DNA from: Spironucleus salmonicida
Lineage: Eukaryota
Assembly: GCF_000497125.1 (NCBI RefSeq)
Contig: NC_090599.1
Location: forward strand, 310,001-374,000
DNA: 64,000 nucleotides
Reading direction: 5' to 3'
Of this stretch, positions 54,686 through 64,000 are shown in pieces (position 1 is the stretch's first letter; each line of letters opens with the position of its first letter). Both the position numbers and the translations under genes were made by a program. Under the pieces are notes generated by a model that was not told the origin of the DNA, ran no database searches, and saw only the letters and a program-made list of their open reading frames with translations.

Positions 54686-55255
54686 ATGAAACCAGTCTGT
54701 CTTGTAACCGGGAACGCACACAAGATTGCCGAGTTCGCATCCATGGCGGGGGGCGTAGATTGGATCAGCCATTCACTGGACGTTCCCGAGCTGTAGGGTT
54801 CGCCGGAGCAGGTCGCCGCCGCTAAATGCCGTGCAGCCGCCGCGCTCTACGGGGGGCCGGTTGTAACGGATGACGTGTCGTTGTGCTTTGCAGCCTTCGA
54901 CTACAAGCTCCCAGGGCCGTACGTGAAAGACTTCCTCACCAGCATGGGTGCCGGTGGCCTCGTGCGGATCCTCTCGGCTTTCGAGGACAAGCGGGCCTAC
55001 GCACAGTGCATCTATGCCTTCTGCGAAGGCCCCGGCGCCGAACCGCTGCTCTTCTCTGGCTAGTGCCACGGGGAGATGGTGCCCCCGGAGGGAGTCTCCA
55101 GTTTTGGTGCCCTCAGCTACGATACAGTCTTCAGAGCCGACGCAAGCGGCCTTCGCTACGCAGCCATGACCATGGAGGAGAAGAACCGGATCTCCCACCG
55201 TGGGCTCGCCGCCGCGAAGCTGATGCCCTTCCTAGTGGGGCGGTAGGCCCAGTGA
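54686..55255 (+). CDS. ITPA: Inosine triphosphate pyrophosphatase (Ham1 family), copy 2, 189 aa
   Basis: Same motifs as copy 1; ends CAGTGA. Confidence 0.93.
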
Positions 55256-55268
55256 TGTCCTTCCTCAC

Positions 55269-55907
55269 TCAGTAGTCCCACCAGCGCAGCCCTTTCTACC
55301 GTCGCGTCGGCTCTTCCCTGGGAGCTTGGAACCGCTCCGTGCTATTCAGGGTCAGTTGGGCGCTCCGGGACCGCGAGTTCTTGAAGCCCTGCACTACGTC
55401 TCCTGGGAACTCGGCAGTGCCAATTGCTGGTGGTACAAACCGTTCTGCTACGCTGCGGAAGTCCGCTGCGCCGACTGTCCTGGCTAGGAACTTGAAGCTG
55501 CCCTCCACTGCCTACCTGCCACTAAACTCGGTCCTCGTGGTGCTCTGCATACTGATCTACAGATCACGGGTCTATGGTGTGACGACTGTGCGATTGACCC
55601 GCGGCCTCTGCACGGCGAAACTGACAGTGTGGTAGGACGAGGGCCCAGGTAGCTTCTACCCCCTCGCGATGGCTGAGTCCACGAAGGTGCTGCGTCGTGA
55701 CATCGTGGACATGGGTATTGAGCGGTTTACTTCGGGCTCGCGGAGACTGTAGCGCGTGGGCGATACCGTCTTGGGAAGGGTGAAAGGCACCCGCTGTGAC
55801 ATCTCAGCTGGGAATGAGTCCTCTGGACTCTTCTTGTCCTTTGCACGCGGCCTACCTGACATCGTAGCAGGGATCTAGGGGAGCTGTGTAGGCTCATTGC
55901 TAATCAT
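55269..55907 (-). CDS. Hypothetical basic protein with a PGPSSY motif (copy 2)
   Basis: Mirror of 44517-45155. Confidence 0.65.
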
Positions 55908-56395
55908 TACTGTTTAGAGGTATTATAACATATATTATACACAGTGTGCCGTCTTAGTTTTTCGGGATACTGGCAGCAGAGATAAAATGGAGTCTAAAGT
56001 TGGAAGCTAGATTGAATTTCTATTATGTATTTATAAGATTGGTTCATTGTATGACTGTCCTCATTACTTATTCTTGGTTTTATCAATATGTTAATTATTT
56101 ATATTATAATGTTAAAAATTTAGTTTAAGTTTCATGATTTGAATATTACAAATTTTATTTGTAACGCAATTAATGTTTTATTGAAAGAATTAACTATATT
56201 AGATATTCACCAAGGAATTTTTTAATAGAATTTGTTTATTAGGGGAATTATGAGGTAATTACGAATATTACAAAAATATAACCTTATTAATAAATAAAGT
56301 AAAATGAAAATATAAATTAAACAAATTCTAGTGATATTATTTTATTAATATTTATTAATAATACAGTATGTTAGAGTAATCTAGAATAATTTAGA

Positions 56396-56578
56396 ATGAA
56401 ACTTGATGTTAAAGAAATATCTACTCGGTCAATGTAGGGTTCAATTAACATTGCTTCCGAATATTACACACCAACATAGATAGACGAGCTCTTAACACCT
56501 TGGTTGCTAACGCCTGCGCCATAGATAATATATAACCCTCTTGATTAGTCCTTTTGTAGCTACAGTACCATCGAATGA
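56396..56578 (+). CDS. 60-aa microprotein, paralog of 43106-43288
   Basis: MKLDVKEISTRSMQGSINIASEYYTPTQIDELLTPWLLTPAPQIIYNPLDQSFCSYSTIE*. Confidence 0.7.
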
Positions 56579-56715
56579 CGAATATATAATATTATAGATA
56601 CGTTAACTACAATATATATATATATAATTTTTTAATCAGTTTATACATCTAACAGTTTACTAGCCTTTAGCTGCCCTACATTTTCTAAAAATACCGACTT
56701 AACGAACTATCCTCT

Positions 56716-57181
56716 ACTCAATGCATCCCACCCGCCGCCGTTGTGTAGGCAAACTTCGCATCGTACCAATATAATCCACTTAGTTTATACCATTCCGTTC
56801 ACCCTAGACTCCCCTAGATCACCATCCTAACGCCGCCAGCACCTATTCACAGAACCACCGCAGCGCCCTCTCCAAGTCATCTACTCCCTTCCGATCGAAC
56901 CTCTGCACCGCTAGTATCTCCTCCGCACCATACCCCACAAACTCGTCCCGTGCCATATCCGCTGCCCTGCAGAACCACGTGAAGGCGCTGTTGCCGACCC
57001 CGAACACGGCGAACTGGAGACCCCTCATCTGGGACCGGAGAGCATAGTTGCCGCGTAGAACCTCGAAAGATTTCCTGGCCAACGAGGGGTGCTGACCGTC
57101 GAAAAAGGTGGAGGTCAGATACAGCAGGGGCGCTTCCGGGCGCAAGGCCGATGTTTCGTGGATCGACGATAATGTTGAAGA
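56716..57181. repeat. Outer inverted repeat, right arm
   Basis: Reverse complement of 42546-43011. Confidence 0.95.
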
Positions 57182-57268
57182 AATATTACTAGACTTTAGC
57201 ACTGATTATAATAATACTGCTGCCGCAGCTGTATACCCTCGTTCTGATGCATACACAATTTATATCAT
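56819..57268 (-). CDS. Flavodoxin, 149 aa
   Basis: MIQIVYASERGYTAAAA, TSTFFDGQHP, FAVFGVGNSAFTWFCRAA. Confidence 0.88.
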
Positions 57269-57410
57269 TTTTAATAATTATCAAATTATGTATAATAATT
57301 ATAAACTTTATTGTAAACATATACAATTATTAATTGTAATTAAATTATATAATATCTACTATACTTAAAAATAGTATTCACATTATTATACATTACAATA
57401 CGTAAATAAA

Positions 57411-58058
57411 TCAATCAAAAACAACATCGCCTAGCACTAGTTTTTCGCTCTTCTCATCAGAAAAGTTTTTTGCAGCCCCCACTTTCTCATTGGCCTCGCC
57501 TAGTAGCTCCTGCATCTGCTCGTCTATCCTACTGCACGGAATGACGAGATCCGCGTTCCGCGTTAGCTTCTGCACGAACTCTATCTTGAAGTCGCTCGAC
57601 TTGCTAGGCGCCGTTTCCTCAGTTTCCTCGCTAAGCTCACCGACCTCGTTTTTGACACCACATTCGGTTCCTTTCGGGGCGGGGACCAGGTTCTTGGCGA
57701 TGTGCACTTTCCGGAATTCTGCTTTCGCGATTTCGGCGATTTCGGCGTTGTCCAGCGTGACACCAATGAGATCGAACTGCTGCTGCAGCTGCAGGATACG
57801 CGCGTTCAGCCACAACTGCTCCTACTAGCTCGGCGTAAACTTTGGGAATTTGGTGCCCTGTGCTGACCCCGTCCGCGGCAGCTTCCTGGCCGCCGAGTTG
57901 GGCCTCGAAATTTTTCTTGGACTGAAGTTTTGAGAATTTTGGGGCTGCACCATCGGCGCCAACGGCGATTAACGCTCCACTGGCTTAATTTCGATGTCTT
58001 ATAAGTCTTGTATTGCAAGGGATGGTTTGACGGTTTTTGAGCGTGAGCAGCAGGACAT
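57411..58058 (-). CDS. Hypothetical protein with an MSCC N-terminus, 215 aa
   Basis: Code-6 extension of track ORF 57411-57815. Confidence 0.7.
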
Positions 58059-58216
58059 TTAGGTGAGTTCAGAAAAGTGTTAAAACATATAATAATTATT
58101 TTATTTTTGTGAAATAGTTAATAATAAATCCATATGTAGAAGTATACTTTAATTCTATGGAATTGTTATTTAATTATATATAAAATTAAGTTGAATTAAA
58201 AAATTTCCAATCTAAA

Positions 58217-58963
58217 ATGGATAAAATTACATACGAACGTGAAGTTTATGGGGCAATGTTTACTTCATGGCAGTTCTACATATCGATGGTCATTAGTTTT
58301 ATCACCAATAGTATCATAACTTTGTTCAAATCCATCCTATTTAATAAAGTGCATCATGGTTTGTAGAGATACAGTTTCAAGTAATAATTACAAAATTACA
58401 TTTTAAATTAATTAGAACAGCGCGATTTTTTCTCAGTATATGTCAAAATGCTTCTATCTTTTCTGTAATCATTACCTATTTCATAAATAATTCATATTTT
58501 TGTAGCCAAGGATTGTATGATATAGCTTTTAACAAAGAACTTACTTCTTTATATTTTCATATTAGCATATTATGTATTTTCGTTTTACACTAAAAAGTAA
58601 TAGCTGCAGCTTCCTTTTAAGTCATCTTTTTTCCTAACAATTTCAAACTATATGATTTTCGTTGTAGTATTTTTCGCATACTATTATTTTACTTAACGTT
58701 TGTTAACTTATAAAAATTTAACATATGATATTATATACTTATCATTTGAATTTACGTAGCTTTTTAAAACATTTTTTGTTATTTGGATGATACGATAAAA
58801 CTAAATGAGGGTTAATCTAAGTAAAATGTATGACATACCATTTTATGAAAATTACAAATAACATATTATCTAGACATTAAATATTTTGAAAAAATCTTCA
58901 ACAGTTAAAATTAATTTTGGATAATGTAAATCATTATAAAATTAAGAGTTGTAATTTGAATGA
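58217..58963 (+). CDS. Hypothetical multi-pass membrane protein, 248 aa
   Basis: Code-6 ORF with several F/I/L-rich segments. Confidence 0.6.
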
Positions 58964-59212
58964 GAATTTATTATTCAAGATAAATATCTTGAATAAACTA
59001 AGAATACAGTATGAAAATATATCAATTTCGTTAATGTTTTAATTGATAACTGTTTTTGTTGATAATGTATGATATTAAGGAAAATTATATGAAATTCTAA
59101 GAATTAAATACTACTTGATATTAATTGAATGAATAATAACTCTATTTATGTATATTATCATATTGACATTTATATATAGTAATAAAATAAACGTTAATAA
59201 ATTAATAGTAGC

Positions 59213-59800
59213 TCACATCTTGGCGTACCAGTCGAGGCCTCTAGGCTCAAATGGCTTGTCGGCCATGCACACGGGGCACTTCATGGGGGCCTTGGCGCCG
59301 ACGTGGACGTAGCCGCAGATCATGCAGATCCAGGTCGTGTCGTCCTTCTGGGCGAAGACGCTCTCGGTCTCCACGAGCTTGACCAGGTTGGCGAACCGCT
59401 GGGCGTGGTCGGCCTCGATCTTGGCGAGGTTGCGGAACAGGGCTGCGATGGCGGGGAAGCCCTCGTCGGCGGCCACCTTGGAGAAGGCGGGGTAGGCGTG
59501 CTCGGCCTCCTCGGTCTCGCCGGCGACGGCCAGCTTCAGGTTCTCGAGCGTGGTGCCGAGCTTGCCGGCGGGGTAGCAGGCGTTGATCTCGAGGTCGCCG
59601 CCCGCCAGGAAGGAGAAGAGGCGGAAGGCGTGCTGCTTCTCCATCTCGGCGTTGTTGGCGAAGATGTGCTGGATGTAGGGGAAGCCCTCGTCCTTGGCCT
59701 TGTTGGCGAACTGCATGTAGCGGTTGAACGCCTGCGACTCGCCCGCGAAGGCCTTGAGCACGTTCTTTTCGGTTTCGGAACCCTTGATTGACTTAACCAT
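59213..59800 (-). CDS. rbr: Rubrerythrin, 195 aa
   Basis: KAFAGESQA, ExxH di-iron motifs (EKQHA, EADHA), C-terminal rubredoxin WICMICGYVH...KCPVC. Confidence 0.96.
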   Translation of the reverse strand: MVKSIKGSETEKNVLKAFAGESQAFNRYMQFANKAKDEGFPYIQHIFANNAEMEKQHAFRLFSFLAGGDLEINACYPAGKLGTTLENLKLAVAGETEEAEHAYPAFSKVAADEGFPAIAALFRNLAKIEADHAQRFANLVKLVETESVFAQKDDTTWICMICGYVHVGAKAPMKCPVCMADKPFEPRGLDWYAKM

Positions 59801-60203
59801 TTGAAGGAGTGGTATTTTTTTTAGTATTGTATACTGTATAGCAATACTTTAATTATAACAATAATTAATAATAATCGCTTAGAAAAAAATATCAAAGTTT
59901 TATTTTATTGTTATAATATTGTTTCATTACTATTTTTACACAGTATACAATATTGTATATTAAAATTATGATAATATAATTATATAAATTTATTGCTAAG
60001 GTTGTTTAAATATTAAAGTTCTAATAAATGTTTTGTCGTTATGTTATTATTTGAGTAATATAATATAAAATATTTCAATTCTTACAATACGTTTCAACTT
60101 AACACAAATATTTAATTCAATATGTTTTATTATAAGTTTATAAACATATATATTTTTGTATTCATACTATATTATTATATTGTATTATAGATAGTTGATT
60201 AAA

Positions 60204-61535
60204 ATGAAACTAGGCCTTTTCGGATGTGGCGGTATAGGAGTGGAATTTCTACACTCAATCAAGTATTTGAACATCGAACACATAACTTTAGTAGATTTTG
60301 ATATGATAGAGCCCTCTAACCTCTCGAGATAGTTCATTTTCACCTAAAACGATATTGGGCATTCAAAATCTCACGCATGTGCTAATTTTTGTAAAATTCA
60401 TTTCAAAAATGCAACCATATATAATTTTGAATTCCCACTTCAATAGTTACCACTATAAAAATTTTAAAATTTTGACCTAGTTGTTTCCGCTCTTGACAAT
60501 GTTCCAGCGAGGAAATTTCTGTAAATGCGTTGTTTAGCATTTAGCTTGAATCTAATTGACTGCGGTACATCCGGACTATCCGGGTCAATCCGTGTTTTTA
60601 AATCCCGACTTCCATCAGCTTTCCCACCAAAAATTTCGTGCCACAACTGTTCAACATTGGAGTAGATAACGATTCCAGTATGCACTCTACGCAGCAAACC
60701 AGAGACTCCAAATCACTGCATTCAGTTCGCTCTTGCCACTGGAAATGGACTTTTAGGGAATGGTGAGTTTTCTGAAATTTAAGGAGATAGAAATGGAAAA
60801 TTAATTTTCAAGTAACTTTTCAAAAGCTAATTTGATGAGAATTTAGCAACCAAAACAGTTAATTAGGTTGAGTCTTGGATTTAAATAGTGTCAAATTTTA
60901 CTGACTGTACTGACTTTTTTGATGCTAATAACAAGCAGTAATTGTAATTTGTTTGCGCGGTTTCCCGGCTACGCGCTTTATAGTTTCACATAAAATTTGA
61001 CCTAACTGATATAGAGATTCAGTCAGTCGCAGGTCGAATCGTTCCTGCAGTGTGTTTCAGCAACGGCCTTATAGGGGCTCTGGCCGCGCAAATTTGCTAG
61101 GAAAAACTTGAAAATCAGTATATTTTGACTGGAAAAACGAGCCCTTATATCCGATACGACGAGGTTGGAGCTCCTGACTCAGGTTGCTAATTCTGCGGTG
61201 TAGAATGCTTCAGGGTAGCAGCAGAAGAAGCCGAAGACTTTTTGCTTGCAAAAGGTGACCACTTTGTCGTTTACGAAGGCGAAAAATGCGTTTATTAGCA
61301 CCAATCCAACGAGACGGATGACAGCAATGGCTGGTTCTCGGAAGAGGACAATTACGCCCCTAAAATCGTGTTTAAGTACGAAATCGGGTAACTTTTAACC
61401 ATTGTGTACAAAAACGGACAGAAACTGAACATAATCATCACCAGTAGCCAGCCAGCCGAGATGATGTGGGCAGCAGTCAAAAAGTGCACCGAAATCGTTG
61501 ACCTTGACGACGATGACAGCATTTCGTTCGACTGA
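60204..61535 (+). CDS. UBA2: Ubiquitin-like activating enzyme E1, UBA2 (SUMO E1)-like, 443 aa
   Basis: GCGGIG, DFDMIEPSNLSR-Q(TAG)-F, SALDNVPAR, CHNC...PVCTLRSKPETPNHCI, AGRIVPAV. Confidence 0.8.
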
Positions 61536-61602
61536 CCCAGTATCCCACTAATTCCATTTTTTGCTATATACATTATTATATATTATATACCAACATCAAA
61601 TT

Positions 61603-64000
61603 ATGTGGCAAAAGTTCTACCTTTCGCAGAACCTTACGTCGCAGAAGGCCTTCCAGCAGACCTTCCACAACCTTACAAACGCGCAGCTCCTGCAGCTCAA
61701 AAACAAGTTCGAGAACCTGCCGGACCAGCGCGCGAACGTGAACGAGTTCCCGTCGACGATCCTCATTTCGCACCTGCTAACAGCAGCGGCGCAGGGCCGG
61801 GACCAGATCTCGCATAGCGACATTTTGGCGAGCCTGGGGGCCTTCACGGACGCGCGCGCGCCGTACTAGCTGCAGCTCAAGAACCTCATCCTCATCCAGC
61901 GCGAGATCGACGCGTTCGCGCAGAACTTCATTGGCTGGTCCACCTTCTCGTAGCACATAATGCAGTCCGCGAACTTCACGCGCTCCGCGTCGCTCACGAA
62001 CTACTTCGCGCACCAGTCGATGCACCAGCTCATGTCGGCGAAGGTGCAGGAGCCGATTTACTCGCTCAACTACTCGCAGGAGACCGACTGCTTCATTGTG
62101 TGCCTCAAGGACAACCTGGTGCAGCTGGTTAACCGGTAGGGAAACGTCGTCCACAAGATCAAGACTACGAGCATGCCGGTCGCCGCTGCGACGTTCAGGC
62201 CCCATATTGATGATTACAACAGTTATGGGTTCGATTTGCGGCCTTCTTAAAGCGGTTGGAACCTGATCGTTTCGGGGACTGACCGGAAGCTGTCAATTTA
62301 CAATAACAACCAGCTCATTAACGCAATTCCCACGGAGAACGTGCACACCGTAATTAAAACGAATAATATAATTTACTTCAGGAGGCAGCGCGTCCAGCCT
62401 GCGATTTTCACTGGAGATGACAAGGGGTAGGTTCATTTTTGGCGGCTTAACGGCTAGGATTTGACTTTAGAAGAGGAAATTCCCGAACATAAATTAAAAG
62501 TATTTGTGGAAGAAGATGAAATTGAGGATGACGAGGAGGGGACAAATGAGGACGATGACCCTTAGATTCTAGTGGAAGTTAATGCGACAGATTCAGAGAA
62601 CATTGCAAAAAAGAAATTTGAAGAATATAAAAAGTATCAGGAACTAGCGCTGAAGATGCAAATTGCCGCGTAATCATAATAGTTATCACCAACACCGATT
62701 TGGTCTATTCAAGCTCACAAAAACTGGGTGAATACAATTATTTTAGAATTTATGGAAAATTCTGGACAATTTCTTTTAGCCTCTGGATCATCAGATGGAT
62801 CAATATGTACTTTTGATGTAAATTAAGGTATTAAGGCAGCCAGTTTGTTAAAGCATTCTAATGTGTCGTCTTTAGCGTGGCTTCACCAGAGAGGACTGTT
62901 AGTTTCAGTAGGTTCAGATCGCCAATTGAATATTTGGGTACCGTCATCTACACAAAATCACGTAACTTCACCTTAAGCCCCAATAGCATCGTTACCATAT
63001 TCTAATCATCCTTATATATCAGTTTTTGCATCTAAAACTAAGCCTGAGTTTCTTACAGTTGATGTAGTAGGAAATATATAATAGTGGGATATACGAAAAC
63101 TTGAACCCGTTTTTACGATTGTTGGAAATGCTTCAAGAAATGGAAAAGCAGTTTCTGCTGCATATAATGATCGTTCCGGACATATTTGCACTGCCACAAA
63201 TATGCTAGCTATTGCATATCCTTAAAATGCAAATTAATAAATTTAAATCACCCAATCTACTATTGAAAATGTTGCGATTTCGAGCTTAAATCCAGGTATT
63301 GTTATAGCTTCAGATCAAATTCTTTATATATGGGATTTAAGAAGTGGTAAATGTGTCGGTTAGATAGAAAATTTCATTTTTTCTGGTAAAACGGTAATGG
63401 AAGGAAAAGAAAGTGCAATCGGAACCATAATTGGAAAGGTAGATAATTCTGACACTGTAGGTTTAAATGTACTTTAGAATATGAATGGGGTTTTTAGCTC
63501 AGATCGAACGGGTGCTATAAATTTAATTTCTGGCATATAAACCTCTGAAAAAGAAACTCAACTAGAAATAAATTAAGGGACTGTGGAGGTGAAAAAGCAG
63601 GTTACTGCATTAAGTTTATCTCTTAATGGGTAGTATCTTGCTATAGCAACTGATGACGAAAGAATTGTTTTTTATCAAACATAAAATGGGTAAATGCTAT
63701 TGGAATTTCAAAGGAGTAAAGATGCAAAACCGGAATAAAGTGGTATGTTTGTAGAATAATATCAAAAAATGAATAAGGCAAAATCTATGTATTAGAAAGT
63801 TAAAGCAACAATGTAATTTTAAAACGATAAATTAGATAATTAGGAGTAAAATGTGGAAAATATTAAAAACTTTGGAGTTTGTACTGACATATTCTTTAGT
63901 GAAAGTAATTGTATGGAATTTTGGGTTTGCTTTAAGGAAAAAAAGATGATTATGACATATAAGTTTACTAGTAAAGAAAATTATTAATTAAATGCTAAAT
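61603..64000 (+). CDS. WD40-repeat protein, runs off the right end
   Basis: SGTDRKLSIY, TGDDKGQVHFW, AHKNWVNTI, LASGSSDGSICTFD, VSVGSDRQLNIW. Confidence 0.8.

Larger units (their letters stand above)
53881..55979. repeat. 2.1-kb GC-rich inverted repeat, right arm
   Basis: Reverse complement of 44445-46543. Confidence 0.98.

Noticed and set aside
44445-55979. Inverted arms as transposon terminal repeats
   Set aside because: The arms carry housekeeping genes; no transposase or target-site duplication seen
56710-56721. TCCTCTACTCAA, one mismatch from the Giardia ncRNA-processing motif as I recall it
   Set aside because: No recognisable ncRNA upstream, and the partner arm matches less well
59303-59791. 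Long antisense and alternative-frame ORFs in GC-rich tracts (also 45149-46353, 61777-62205, 35057-35245)
   Set aside because: Shadow ORFs of better-supported genes

Overview
AT-rich, gene-dense eukaryotic DNA that uses the TAA/TAG=Gln code with TGA as the only stop. Together with an AGTGA stop/poly(A) motif, annexin/alpha-giardin and rubrerythrin genes and very short intergenic spacers, this points to a hexamitid diplomonad (Spironucleus-like; inferred). The supplied standard-code ORF track is therefore fragmented, and I re-read genes by hand in code 6. About 50 CDSs are supported, including ARF1, AP sigma and beta adaptins, an AGFG-type ArfGAP, RPL29/RPL23/RPS23, MCM6, dynein LC8, UBA2-type E1, two m3C-methyltransferase paralogs, ITPase, flavodoxin, rubrerythrin, and divergent Maf1-, Fip1-, SNF5-, pecanex- and LRRC40-like genes. 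Three things stand out. (1) A 42-aa Sec61beta-like gene is split by an 86-nt spliceosomal intron (GTATGTT...ACTAACACACTAG) with an internal hairpin. (2) A nested inverted duplication (about 42.5-46.5 kb and 53.9-57.2 kb) has GC-rich segments that are nearly identical and AT-rich segments that have diverged, yet it keeps a pair of 60-aa microproteins. (3) A second inverted pair lies at 5.0 and 23.7 kb. All homology calls come from recalled motifs, not database searches.
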